Part shown: positions 13,201 to 28,200 of the stretch, in pieces
How the letters are laid out: each line of letters opens with the position of its first letter
How positions within the stretch are numbered: position 1 is the stretch's first letter
Source: Phoronis australis
Lineage: Eukaryota > Animalia > Phoronida
Length of the DNA stretch: 64,000 nt
Direction of reading: 5' to 3'
Assembly (NCBI GenBank): GCA_002633005.1
Contig: NMRA01001047.1
Location: forward strand, 173 to 64,172
The notes under the pieces: generated by a model
Told to the model about the DNA's origin: nothing
The model's input: only the letters and a program-made list of their open reading frames with translations
The model's database searches: none
Translations under genes and position numbers: made by a program

Positions 13201-16200
13201 TAGCCCCGCCTCCAGCCCATCAAACAGTCATGCCCCTGTCAACACCCCAAGTCAACTCACAAGCCACACCCCTAAGTCATCAACTCGTTACGTCCCGGAC
13301 CCTTCACCTAGCCAACATACGGCATCTACCACCAACCCACTCACAAACCACAGCCATGCCTCCCACACAATCCCAAGCCATCTGGTCAGACCAGTCAGTA
13401 GCCAACCTCCCGCCTATCCTTCTAGCCACACCCCTCTCCAGCAACAGTCAGCAAATCAAGAGAACAAACATCCAGCAACACGCGTTCAACAGATAAGAGA
13501 ACAGACATGGCTGTTGAAGACAGCAGCTGACACTTTTATGATCACTCAGTATGGAGGTATATTCAGGTCGAAAGTCGATCCCAATGTGAAACTGTTCGTA
13601 CCTCCGAACGCTGTCATTCAGCCAACAGAGATTACTTTACAGGTAACCAACAACTAAATGTCTAATTTAAAAAAAAGCTCTAAGAATAAGAATATACTAG
13701 ATATTTAAGTTACATCAAAACAGTATTGTATCATGAACTTCACTAATTTGAATTTGCTAAACTCGTTTGAAAAAACATCCACCATACTGTTTGATACATC
13801 TCAGTCCCTTAAAACTTCTAATCCCAATATGCATTAACATTTTCCAGATTGCAAAAGTAGACCAGGAGATTTTTTACGAGGCTAAAAAACAGAACCACGA
13901 CAAGCTGCTGGCAAACCTGACATCTGTTGGAGATATTGTGCATGCCAATCAGAGCTCCTCAACTGACATACTCAAACCGGTCACTATGGCAATACCAGCG
14001 CCACCTGTCAACAAGGGTGGCAAACTGCATATCATGTCATATAACGATAACAACATGTGTAGTGTGTCATCCACTCCGTATCGCCAACAGAAGGGTTACA
14101 TAACCTTCCAGACATGGCGGCTAGCAGGGTATGTAACTACACAACAATTTTGGACAGTCAGAATTTTGAATTTTATTCAGAACCATGACGACTGAAATTT
14201 TTACAGAACTTGTAGTAAAGTTATTTGAGCACATCCCCCTGAGCGCAGATTTACAGGTCGGAAGGCTTTCTGCCAGGCTATCAAGAGGCTCGTAGCTCTT
14301 CATCCATGTCCCTTATGGTTTGGTTTTCTACTAGTTAGCTTGTTAGCTTGCGTAAACTTTTACAAAAAAAATAAAAAGAAGCCAAATGATGACCAAGTGA
14401 GAAATTGCAGTTAATTAGGGAATTCTTTGTTCGTGTATCTCAACATTTATGTTAACAACTATATATCTTTTTACAATAAATTACCCGCACAATGCTCTCT
14501 GTTAAATCCACTTCACCTTTCACCTGTAGGAAATGTGACCTATTGCTTACACACCATGGGGTAACAATTACACTGTTTTTTTAAACACAAAGGCGACAGT
14601 GAGAGTTATCTAACATTCACGCTGTTTAAGTGACTCCTTCTTTACATTCCAGTGGAAAAGGTGCTGTGCTAACCAAGGCTAAGTGCAAGTACAAAGCCAG
14701 TCGTTCTGTAGAGACGTTACTGTCACATCTTCAACATTAGACATCTACTGAAGGCACATGCCTGCTTTCACCACACAGTATTAAGAAGTTAGCAGAAGTC
14801 ACTACAGATCCTCTTATAACCAATGGAGTATTGTCAGTTGGAGTACAGATTTAGTATGTTAGTGTATTGTTGCCACAACAGGTGTCTCTGCAACAACACA
14901 TCTAGGCTAATTTTGCTCCTATCTAGTGCACAGTGCAGCTGCAGTTTCTCAACGGAAATAAATTAAGAGTTTTTAGATTCTAATTAGCTCACTTTGTTCT
15001 GTGAAGATGTTATAAAACAACATTTGGCTCAGTTTCAATTGCTGGCACCAAGATTACCATACATTGTTAAGTTTGCAATTATTTTTGTTCAAAATAAGGG
15101 AACATTCAAAGTATATCAAGACAAATGTACGTCACCTTCAAGGCCCAGATCTCGCTATTATAAAACCTCACAGTGTAGCAGATCTACACAAAAGTGCATC
15201 GGAATAGAATAGATTCTGCAAACCAAAGGCTGTCTGATTCTCTGTACTAATGGGACTACTTTATTTATGAGTATTATTTTTGTTCACAATAAAGTCTTTG
15301 AAAATTCCGCAAATGTGTTGGTATCTAGATCGACATGAACAGAGGTCCATTCACAAATTTGACACCATGAACATTTTAGAGAAGTACCCCAACAGGGTGT
15401 TCAAATTGGAGAAACTAAACAACAATTTTTACAGTCTGCAATATAGTCAATAAAACAGAACTTTGGAAATTCATTCAGCATCCCTTCCAAGACAATGTGT
15501 GCATTCCATGGACCAGTGATAACAGGAGTGCCACTCAGGACATCTAATATACGAACACAGTGCACACATCTAGATGAACATGTGTCCAGGTGTGGACCTC
15601 ACAAAAATTTTTAACAATGTGTAGGGATACGTTCAGGAGTGCGTCCCGCGTCAATGGTGCGTAAACATTTTCACCGACGCGCTGGAAGAGCCTAACATGG
15701 GCCAATGATTGCACAAAGACTGAGTCACAACCACGTCTTATTTTGAAAAATATGTATTGCATTGAGATTCGGTGACAGTGCAGAGCAACTGACAAAAAAA
15801 ATAATGTCAGTTACCAAAACAACAACATCTAGTGTACGGTAAAAACAAAGATCGAAACTGTGGATTTAAGAATTTGTTTAAATTCAAATACAGTTCGCTG
15901 TTTGGACCAATCACTACTTGATATGCAACGTACTAAGGCACGTAAAATGCTGCCGCTACAGAAAATCGAATTAAAAAAGGGCAAAAAATGGTAACACGGT
16001 CCTCCAAATTGACCAATAGATTTGACGCCCTGTGGGTCAACTGGTCCAAACCTTAAAAGGATCCACGCTGTTATATCACCCATCCAGGTAAGCACACACA
16101 CACACACACTTACCGTTGTAAAATAAAAATGGAATGTCATAGTGAGCCACATTCTTGATGTTAGCGTGGGTGGAGCTGGTGGCCTTACAGCGCAGGATGT

Positions 16201-19200
16201 ACTCATGGCCGTCTCTACCAGGGGTATTCTCTTGTAACATGATGTTCTGCAACACAAGGCAGAGTGCCATTAAAATAAAACTGAAGACGATTGGTTCACC
16301 GGACTGTCAACTGCCTCCACCTGGTGGTTATTTTTAAAACTGTGTTTGGTTGGATGCTCTCCTGGCTAAAGAGAAAAAACAAATAATAAAAGTACTCAAG
16401 CAGCAATGAAATGTGTGCGTTGGCACTGTTTTCTTAGTTCCACTTTTCAATCGGCCAATCATCCTTGTTTAAGTGACAAACCATGCAAATACTCGCAGCA
16501 GTTTAAAGCCTTTGTAACACGATAAATGAATGTATTGTCTCGCCAAAGAGTTTCTAGATAGGATAACGAGGCCCCCTTTCTTCAATCCACAGTTGCTAAG
16601 GTGGTTGGCACAAGTATACTACATTCAACAGCCTTCCACCAAAACATTCCAGCAAACCCGTCGGAAAAATATGGCTACACCTCTTGACCTCGTCAAATAA
16701 AGTCAAGATTTATTGATCTTCATATGTTGACCCCAAACAGTAACCAAGACAACATTGGTGAAAATAAGGTTACACAAGAGACTGGATATTTCATTTCAAC
16801 ACCAATTCAGCAGCAGCCTGATGCAAAAAATATCCTGACTACTTGCCAATAGACGAATACGTTAATTCTCAGGTTAAGCACCATACAGCCACGAAATTCA
16901 AACGTCAAGGACAGCAAAAAGTGATTGCACACTAATCAATGTATGACTGAATTAGACTAAAGACGAGGTGCATTCATTCGCAGTTGTCAACAGATAAATA
17001 TTTCCTCAAAGAAAACAGTAAAACATGCCAGAACTATTTCATACAATAATTCAAAAATATCAGCAAATAAAAGCCCAGTCATCAGTTCCATAAACAATTT
17101 TGAATAAAGGTGTGCACTCATATTTTGACTTGACTTTCCATGCTTTTTCGTGGAGCAATTTTCATTTTGCAGAATGAGAGTCCTTTCACAACACAAATAA
17201 TTTTTTTGTAAAAATCTTTTGTAATCAAAAGCATGAACTAGAGAAATGTGAATTGTTCCCGAAATTTGCTATGAGATTTTCATGAGCTTCCACCTTTTTT
17301 CATTTTTCATAACTGTCCCATGCATGGCACTTATTGTTATAATTACCCAAGTTTTCTCTCACTAGTAAAACTATGTCAAAGATGTGACAGTCAGATCTTT
17401 CAAACGAACTTGGTCTCACACATCCTGATTATTTCAATGTTCAGTTTCAACACTCACATGTAAGTTGGCTTTGCCATTCTGTAAGTCTATAGTGAGGTGT
17501 CGCGAGTTCCCGGTCATGCTAGGAATTTCACCGTCATTCGCTTGGCCGATAATTTCTATGTCCACTTTCCCGCTGACATCGGAGCCTGATGGATTGTTGT
17601 GTGAATCCTAATTGGTGAATCGTAATATCATGAAAGGTACACAAACAACTGGCGCCCTCTAAGAAAATCTGTAGCAACAAAAGCGCAGTTGTGACTTCAT
17701 ATAGACCAATACTGAAGAGTTTCTTCAAAACACGTTTCTCAGACTCCCATGCTGGTATAGAAAGCAAAAAAAAAAACAGACTATTCAAAGTGGTTCTCTG
17801 CCTCTGAAACAGAAATCAAACTGTTCACCAGGTATTTTTATGGTTTGTTCACAAAGATATTGAATAGTTTTTTAATATCAAAGCATTTTTTGTATAGTTT
17901 CAAATTTCAAAAAACGATCGGTCAACTGCTCGTCACTTCGTCGATATTTCTCCCACACAGCAAAGCATGTCTCCTTATTTGGTATGACAAGCTGCAAAGA
18001 GTCCAACTTCTTTGTGCGCGCGCACACACACACGCACACACATGCACACACACACAACTAGGTGGAGAATCTGTATTGGAATGAAAGTGTATATTTCGTC
18101 TTTGTTCTAAAAATAGTGAATCTGACGCTTTTGTCAAGAAATTCTTGCATTATTCAAGTTAGCATACCCAAGAAGTAGTTTAGCTAAGATCTGTTCAAAG
18201 TTATTTCTTACGAGTTTTCGCGTTCCATGCCTCTTTAACGATCATCAACATTTATTTGAATTAACTTGGACAACAGGTTGTCTCCATCCTGGGACATTCA
18301 ACTGAGAATGTGCCCAGTGCACACACTTACCCTCAACTCCAGCGTGAGATTTCTGATGAGAGATCGACTGAGGGCCTTTTGAGTGTTGGACACAGAGGGG
18401 GTGCCAGGCGCCTCAGTGGGCACCAGTTTCACTGGGGGACCTCCAACCACCTCCACCACCATCTGAAAAAGAAAGCCCTGTTATTAAATAAAACATTCCA
18501 CGGTGAAACATTGGATATTTCAAGTGAATCTAAATCAAAGTAGATGTTTAGAAGTCATTTTTTCATGCGTGTACACATGTTTCTCAATATAAAGATGATT
18601 CGAGGCCTTTATAACTCTGCCTTTTGTTGCATTAAACACTTTGTAAACAATACAACTAAACTAACCTTTAAGTAAAACTCCGTCCAGTCCTTTTAAGTGC
18701 AGGAGTCAGAAAGTTGTCTAAAAGTGGGGAACTCAACTTTTACTTGAGACTTTATTTGCCTTTTTCAAAAATGGACATGACCCTTGTTGTTTAAAAAATC
18801 CACAACATTAATGAATGCCAAGTTTGCACTTCACTATCTTTAACTCCTAGTTTTACACTCACTTTGAAGAACTAGCATGCCCAAAAACGAGTTAGACGAG
18901 CTCACATCCAGTTTCAAATTCTCTGAATGGATGCACCAATGGTTACACAAAACTTAACCAATCACATACAACCAAAGAGCACATGAACAACACCAGTGAC
19001 ACCTACAGGCATGTTGACCTCAGGATGGACTGCATCCTTATAGGAGAAGAGGATGTTGTACATCCCAGCCACAGTCATTGCTTTGGGCTTGGTAAACAAG
19101 AAACCACCGTCAGTTTTGGTGTCCGGTGCGAAGGTAAATTTCTGCAATTAAAGAGCAACTGGGTTTGATCTTAATGAAGAACAATTACACAACACAGCAC

Positions 19201-22200
19201 AGCACATCACATCACAGCAGAGCACAGCACAGCACGTCACAGTACAGCACAGCACAGCAAAACAAAACACAAATGTAACTAGGTCTTAAGGGACGTTCTC
19301 GACTAGAAAAGTAACTTTACAGAACTAAGCAAAAGCAAATGTCGAGTGATCAGTGTGACGGATCCATTTAAGCGACCTGCGCACGTCTGGCACAACATGT
19401 ACCAGACACCGTGCAATTACCTTTTATATTTTTAGCGAATGTCAGAAATTGCGATTTGTAATAACATCAAACAAACAAAATGGATTTTGTTGTTTAACAG
19501 CTCTGGCCAAAGCCAATAACCTCAAGATGACTATCGCACTCAATAATAATCTCAAGACTGCATTTTTCCACTGCAAATAATAATAATAAGAATAATCTCC
19601 CATTAAATGAATGAATTTGGATAAACACACACTTTGTTATAAATTAGACAGTGAAGTCACATGATTTAGAATAGTCACGGACTTCGAACAACTTTGCAAG
19701 TCTGGCAGCTTTCATGAATGTTTAGTGACGATGTTGTGATCTTACTACACTGACAAAAGTTATGGTTAAACCCCAAATTCACGACACAAAATAAACATTC
19801 AACCTGGAATGACCCAATGGATATGAACAAGCAGACATCTTCAGGTAAGGCATCAGTATAGTGGATTTAAATGTCAGAAAATTAAGTATTCGGTAAGGAA
19901 ACTAGCAAAAACTAAAAACCAAACCTTTTGAGCGGGTATGACCTGATCCTTCATCCACATGACCATTGAGAAATGATTCATTTTGGTTGTGCTGATCGTA
20001 CTTCCATCTTCAGCAGTTGCGTAAATCTTCAGGTCTAAAACGACAAGCCAATCGCCACATATAGCTCAAGCACAGGCGGACTACGAGACCTACCTTTCAT
20101 TCATGTTTACTTCGTTCTGGAGTCGGTGAATATAAAGCTCTTCGCAGCCATGTTTCACCAAAAATGCGACTTTAGGTTGAAGTCACAAATTTGTCCTGAG
20201 CTCAATTCCACTATTTCAGAAAAAAATAACATCACTCCACTATCAACTGTTGTAATAACGCTACTCACGAGGCATGGGCGAACCAGCGATGAACTCTTTT
20301 CCAGACACAAACTCCACTTTCAGATCCATCGGTTTCTCAAGATCTGGCTCAACCCTGATCTTCAGACGAGGTCCATTGATGGTTGTACGCTTCAGGAAGG
20401 CCTTGGGTTGAATCTCATATGTGCCTCTAAAAGTTTAGGTAAACTTTCTCGTATTATAAATACAGTAATTAAAAATACAGAAAAACATTGCACAATAGAC
20501 AAAGGAAACACATACACACATCCATGCGCGTGTATTTCGACACCTGACAACAAAATTAGAACCCATGCGTACTCGAGGAAACAAAAGAGCCAGAAAGGAC
20601 CATTTATTGTTAAGTTTTCAAGTTTTACGTAAATTGTTAAAGAGTCGATCCAAAAAAAATTTCAATTTTGGTGACACATTTTACAGTCTACTAAATTTGA
20701 AATTTTAAACGCATATGACTAAAGGAAGATGTCTCTCTGGAATATAGATTTACAACATTAATGTTTTGTATGTTTTTTATGCAAATCATGACACGTTTAC
20801 ACATTTAACTAAAAAACATATGAGCCTGATATTGGGCCTAACCTTATAAAAGGAACCATAACAAACGTGTTCACTTTTGAACTTTTGTTAACAGTGATTG
20901 AATACCATGGGGCCATGGGATCCCTAACACAAGAATTGATATTCTCCAACCAATTAGGGATCCCTTAATCAAAGGTACACTCCAACTTTATAAGTTTCTA
21001 TTTTCACAAAGCTTGGAATAGCAACAAAAACATCTAGTCACTGTCACTAGTATGACCTATGTATGCAAATAGAGGTCAAACTGATGACATCACTAACAGA
21101 CAAAAGTTAAACAAATATAACAGACAATTACACCGGCTGAGATGTTCACTACCGTCCAGTTATCAACTACAGAGACAACGGGACCCTTCAAAACTACTTA
21201 AGCAAACAGAATCCGTTTGAGTCGACTGTCTTGGACTAACCCCAGTGGAAAGGTTACGTGTCTATTATAGATTGAATACAACAAAATTACCTGAACAGAG
21301 TGAGAACAGAAACCCATAACAAGAATTTATACAAGCGCGGCCACTGGTGCAATAGAGCCACTTATATTACAAGCTTTTCAAGTTACAAAGAAGGTGCAAA
21401 GTAGATATTAGTCCTCTATATAACGAGAGCCCTGGTCAGTGTTTGTGCCCATTCTCTAATAAGCATTGACAAACAGCCTGAATAGCAAACTTCTTATACT
21501 TACTTTTTTGCCGAGACGATTGGCTGGTCAAACTTAGCTTTACCGTTCTTGTCCGTTTTATCTGGTTTCAGGGGAGGGTGTAACTGAAAACGTACACGCA
21601 ACATTGACGTTATGTGCGACCCTAGAAAAATGTCCAACTTCTGGGAACATGAAAGTCTCAGAAATGGCTCATCGGATTAAAAATGAAACTTTCAGATATC
21701 ACACTTTATTCCAATCGAAAAAATGGGGTTTCTAATAAGAGCGCTTGTTCTTCGATTTGTCATCACAATATGGCCAAAGATTGATGTAATGGTTTACACA
21801 CTGTTATTCAAACCATTACTGTATGAACAAGTTGCATAAAACAAAAGAGAAACGGTAAAATTAGAAACCTGTGACAGCATGTTTGAAATTTCATCTTGAA
21901 CATAAGTTTAAACCACAGAAAATTTGACACTGATACTGCTGTTTTGCTATTAAAGAATACATCGTTGATTTTACTCAATTTTACCAAAACACATGACTCA
22001 AGTAATGACATATTGATATAAAACCAAAAAAGAAATTCCACAGGCTTTCTACTTTTACAAAATAAAATACTTTTACAACCGAGTTAAACTCAACAATTAC
22101 AAGAATTGCACAAACTTGCTGATAACAATACATATAACCTTAAAAGAAATGGGGGTTGTCGTTAAAGCACAAGTTAAGTTGTAAAATACTAACATAACGT

Positions 22201-25200
22201 CTTAACAGATGACTGAAAGTTAGCCAAGACACCAACCCTTGGAGTATAGTTGACATTAGAATATCAACAAGGTAACCTGACTTGGCAACTTCCCTTGATA
22301 TAATTTTTTACCTTATTTCTTTACGCGCACTTTAAATTGGAAAAAATATTTAACTGTAAATTCACCAACATCGGCGAAAACAGTAAGTTAGACGTCTGAA
22401 TAATAATATAAAACCAGCGTGGCAAGAAGCCGCGTTACCTTGAGTTGAGCATCTCTTGCCACCTGCACCTGAACGCCCTCCTCCTTACACGGGTTACCTG
22501 ACTTGTCACACAGCTGGACAGTTAGAGCCTTTGGTAGTTTGGTGTCATTGAAGATGTGAAGGACCTTGGACAAGTGGAGAAATGTGAAGCAATGAACGAT
22601 GGGGACACTGAACATATGAAGCAACATAATTTGACAACGTGATGGAGAAAATGTGAAGCAACACTTTTACTGGTAAGGTGAAACAATGAGACCACTGCAA
22701 AGGTAAGAGATATCCAAATAAGACGTACCTTCAAGAAAAGAGAAAACAAGAAACAACAAACTAAAATGGTTGAGTCTTACTCCCACCTCAAACACGTGGT
22801 TAATTTGCATATGAGAAGTGCTGTGTACAATACCTTTATTCGAATCTGACCCTACAACTTATTTATGACAAGTTTCATGATAACTTGCATTTCACGGGGA
22901 CACATTTCTCAACTCAGAGAAGACCTAAAGCCCACACACTGAGCGTATTACGATCTCGCATTAACAACCAGTCATCACTTAATACTCTCCCAGTCTCTCA
23001 CCTCAGTCTCGTCCCAGTCCAGTACATTGATCTTGGCTGGAGGTCCAGGTAACATCTCCAGTTTCACGTACTCTTTGAATTGCTTGTAAGTGACACAGAC
23101 CTCACGCATTCCCACTTTGCCATCGTCAAACTCAATGCCGCTGATGTCGAAGCCACCCGACTGAAAGACACGCCAGAAGACATGACAATCTATCCCAACC
23201 ATCATTGGTACAGAGCCATTTCCACATACAGACCTCATGTTACTGACACTGATAATACGAAAAGTCATATAGAGTTCGAATGCGAAAATTTTTTTTGAAA
23301 AATTTACCAAACTTTACATAGATGGGTGCAAAGTGCACAAAGTTGTGAGCTTGCCTTGATGCCCTCCACTTTGTACAACAAATTGACCTATCGCAAGATC
23401 CGCCCCCTTGCGTAATGTCAACTAACAAACAATAAGTTTTACCCGGCAATGTGTTGTTTTGTCGGGTAAAATGGCAGCTTGGAAACGAAGGTGTGTCAAT
23501 AATGCTGCGTTTTAAATGGTCAGTTAAGCCGTCACTCAAAATCCTGGCGACAAGTCAATTACCAGCTGTATACCTCAATTGTATTTCTTTGCTTTCTGTT
23601 GATGCCCAAAGGCCCAAACCTGTGAGGATGTTGGTTCATGTACGTCTAAATCAAATTTTAACCCTGATTGCAATTGTTTTCTTCATGAATCTTTGTTCTA
23701 GTATGACCGGGACGACTAGTTTTGCGACATCTGGTCCAACTCACCTGTCCCAGTCCGCGTAGGGTATTCTCAACGATCAGGTGGTCACCGGATATCTGTA
23801 AATCTTTCAGAACACCCTTTGGTAGCTACAATATAAATGGCAGCAGATACAGCACATGCTGTCGACTATCTAACATCCCAGTAAATACGAATTAGGGTTG
23901 AGCGGTCATTTATAACTAACAGGCAATGGACAAAATATTGCCCTGCAGTGTCTAGATTTAACATTTAGCATAAAAATGACAATGACTCACCATGGGCCAG
24001 CTAAAAGAAAGATTAAAGAATGACCAAATTAATTTAAGTATGCAAAGTGAGGCAAACGGTGAAAAACTTCAGCTCATCACGATTTTCAGTTTATCTCACC
24101 TTTGTAATGGCATTGCCAAACTTATCCTGCACATTCACTAGGATAGAGCCAGCGAGTTTCTCTCCTGCACGCAGCTTGTTCGACGCGCTACAGCAACAAG
24201 TGATACTGGCGACCTCATTGGTTACAGGCCTGAGGGAGAAAAATAAAGTGCAGGCTTCACTTCAACGATAATCACCAAACGTTGTCCACTTCAAATTCCA
24301 GTTAAGCACAGCTCATTTAAAGTGGCAATAAGCCCTCTTTCCTTTCAAGAAGCGAACATTTGATTTAGACTACATACCGCTCTCTATCATGTGTTCCTTA
24401 ATCAGATGAGAAGTGATTTCTGGGTTTATAAAGAACTGACAGTTTGTCATTCCTTGAGACTCAAAAACTGACACCCAAGTGACGAGCCAACTTGAAGAGC
24501 TTGGTATCGAGCTCTAACGAATTGTCAGTTCTTGCGACAACCCGAAAACACTTCCAACCTCGGTAAATGGCATAAGTCAACATTGATTTTTGTGATGGAA
24601 GGCGGGTTTATAGTCCGTTCATGTCAGAACTGTCACAGATCTCCCACATCAATTGTCATCTTTTAATACTGTATAACAACCAGACATAAGCATTGTTATT
24701 GAAAACAGACGGTATGAGCCAAACACGGACTCAGAATTTCTGACTAGAAGGAGAACACACACACGCACGCGCGCGCGCGCACACGCACACGCACACACGT
24801 ATATGTACATGTACATGTATATACCTGAGACTGACATATTCATATACAAGATATAATCAGATAAACTACTCTGACAGACAGTAAGTAATGTCCTCAGCAG
24901 TGCAGCATAAAGCAGACACTCACTTGATAGAAAAGCTGACTTCGACCTCCTTATAAGACACCTGACAATACTTGACATCAGACACAGAGTTGGGCACCTT
25001 GGTGTCTGGCAACTGGCCCTTGGTCACTAAGTCCTTGTTGACCGAGTTGGTCCAGTTGACCTTAAGGTCACCAGCCCTCTTAGAGTCCAAAGTGATCTCA
25101 CGACCTGCCTCGTCCTTGACGATAAACTCTGAAACAACAAACGAAGGATATTCAAAATGTGTAGCTACTATTTAAGCGGAAAGCAACCATTTTTGAAGTT

Positions 25201-28200
25201 TCTTTCACTAAAATATTTCGGATGTCCCTTCAGTTGGTTCTTTGCTTACAGATCCAACAAGAGTTCACATACTAGGAAGTCTGCATTTGAACCACAATAT
25301 TTGACAATAAAAGAACATCAGGGTCCCTATTCACTGCATGCCAACTAGACCTCTTTCAACCTGTAGCTATGGTAACCAAATGTGTGCATTCTCTTGTGCA
25401 AAGAGGTTCAGCTGACTGCCTGTCTAAATAGTCAATCATCACCTGTACTCATTTGAAACTAAAGTTCAAACTGAAAAATTTCAGTCCGCCTCAAACAAAA
25501 TATTTTGACTACTACGTTATTCGAACCCTCACAGTACAAACAATGGATCAAAAATCTAGTACTTAGACACTGTGTCACCAAGACACATAAACGACAAAAA
25601 GTCTTTATGTATGTATTAAGTAAATGATTTCTGAAACGACATAAAGAAAACACAATTGATAAGGTAACACAATTTTGGTTTTCTGGGCATTTTTTGGAAA
25701 AAACGAGTTAAGAAAAAAATTTATTCTGGGTTCAATGAAAGATCAAGTTTCCAGTGTTCGAACCTGTACTGTTAACACAGTAACTAGAGCCAAGCACTCA
25801 GTTACTTCAGAACATTTTCATTTATTGGTGTTTTCTGTAATAAAAAAGTACTTGAGTGTTAAGATAAAAAGAACACTATAGTGTACATTCACTTAATTTT
25901 AACTTGATAAAGTTAATGTTTACTTAAATTTAATTCCTGCAACATTTATTTCAGCCTTTATTCAAATTACTTAATAAAATGCAAATTGAATTTAAGGATC
26001 ATGTATCAACACAAAACGAAAAGGAAAAGTAACTAGAGCCAAGCACTCAGTTACTTGAAAACATTTTCATTTATTGGTGTTTTCTGAAATAAAAAATTAC
26101 TCGAGTGTTAACATAAAAAGAACACTATAGTGTACATTCACTTAATTTTAATTAGATAAAGTTAATGTTTAATTAAATTTAATTCCTGCAACATTTACTT
26201 CAGCCTTTATTCAAATTACTTAACAAGAGCAACGCAGAGCGTTGAAATGCGCCCACAATTGCACCGCATACGGTATCCTTCTAGGGTTGTTTATTGGTAC
26301 CATAAAGTGGCCAGTAGAGGGCATATATGTAGTATGTTGTACTTTGCAAAATGGAAAGGCATGGTCATTGTCTCCTCAATAGGCTAGGGGCAAAATGTGA
26401 GTGATCTTCATAATACAAGCACATCCTATACATCAGTTGCTTAAAGCACCACAGAAACATAGAATTAAAAACAAATTTACCAACATACGAGATTAGCACA
26501 GCATTAGAATGCCAGAAACAAATTTCTACTTGGAACTTTTCCTTCATAGTCACGAAGTAACACAAAGTATACACCTGAAGACCTATGAAAATACAGAGGT
26601 CAATGTAAAATACTAAAATTGCCACTAGAGGCATACCGGTAGTCAGAATCATCCTAAAGTCGTCATCGTCCGTTGTCAACATCACATAAATACACTTGCT
26701 AAATTTAGTAAAGATCCTGCAAACGGTTTGGGAGATACAGCCATGGGCGCAAAAAAAAAAAAACTGCCACTAGGAGGCGCCACAGTAGTCCAAATCGTCT
26801 GAAAATCATCGTCAACCGTCCTCTACATAGTAAGCATATACACGCAAAGTTTCACAATCATCCTTTGAGCGGTTTGGTTGATAGAGGGGTGGACGCACAA
26901 AAACAGACTCAGAAGCACTAAAAATGGCCACTAGGTGGCGAAAACTATGTCGAATCCACCTGAAAACTGGAGGATAGCGTCATCTCACTAATAGGTGCCT
27001 ACATACCAAATTTCATGAAAATCTGTTCAGGACTTTTGAACATACAAAGGTAAGCATAAAAAAATTAAAATTGCCACTAGGGGGCACACCGGTAGTCGGA
27101 TCCGTCCAAAAGTTCGCACATGCCGTCCCATTCATGAATGGAACATATGTGCCAAATTTCATGAACGTATGTCAAAGGGTTTTGGAGATAAAGCAGCGGA
27201 CGCCGGACGGATGCCGCCCGGACGGACGGAGATGACGGCATAATGCGTCCACATATAAATATGTGGGCGCATAATAAAATGGAAATTGAATTTAAGGATC
27301 ATGTATCAACAAAAAATGAAAAGGAAAAGTTACTTCAATTTAGTTTTGTGACGTAAAAGCCGAATACATAAATGTAATAAAATTAGCACCTAATACAATT
27401 CAATCTGTCTAGAATTAATTTTAAAGTTAATTCAATAAAAAACTAAACACAAAAATTCAACCAAAAAGTCATGCAAAGTTAATTATTGGCCTCAAGCAAT
27501 AAACTTCTAGTTCCTTTTAAAATTAAACTCATTCAGAACTTAAAACAGGACAAAAAGTAGGAACAAGACATTTTAACACCATGTAGGCCACATACCAAAG
27601 CCAGTCAGGATCTCCCCAGCAGGCACTAGCAACTCCTGTCCATTATCAATCTGGACACGCCTCCCTTCTCTCTCATAGGACAGTTGCATGGATGCGGGGG
27701 AGGTGCTTGGTGATACTGTGATCATGCGAGTGACAGCGGGCACAGACCTCAAACCCTATCACAAAGAAATTTTAATTAATAGATTGACTAGAACCAATTT
27801 CAGATTTTCAAACAATGCATTATGCATAATGGGTTTGCTAAAATAAAAATCTAACATTTAGTCTAAGTTCTACCTGAAAGACATCAAAACACAAAAAATG
27901 TTTAAATAAAACAACCCAATTTCTCAGTTGTTCCAATACTATGTATATCGTATTGAAGTGAATTTTAAATGTAATTACAGAATTTCCACCTTCCAACTGG
28001 CAGCACATAACAATGTGCCATGTACTGTGACTGAGTTGTGCTTTGCCAAAAACATTTATAAGGAGAGATTAAAGACGATGTGCGACCTGAGAAAAATCCG
28101 ACCAACTTCAGAACGTCATATCCCAAAAAATGGCCGACAGGAATCAAATGAAATTTTCAGGAACTTTATGCACAGTGCTGCAAAACATTCTAGTAATTAT

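Noticed and set aside
20126-20632. 168-aa plus-strand ORF (similarly 41696-42049, 23451-23762, 11505-11792, 35204-35647)
   Set aside because: Antisense shadows of real exons; no recognisable domains or splice support.
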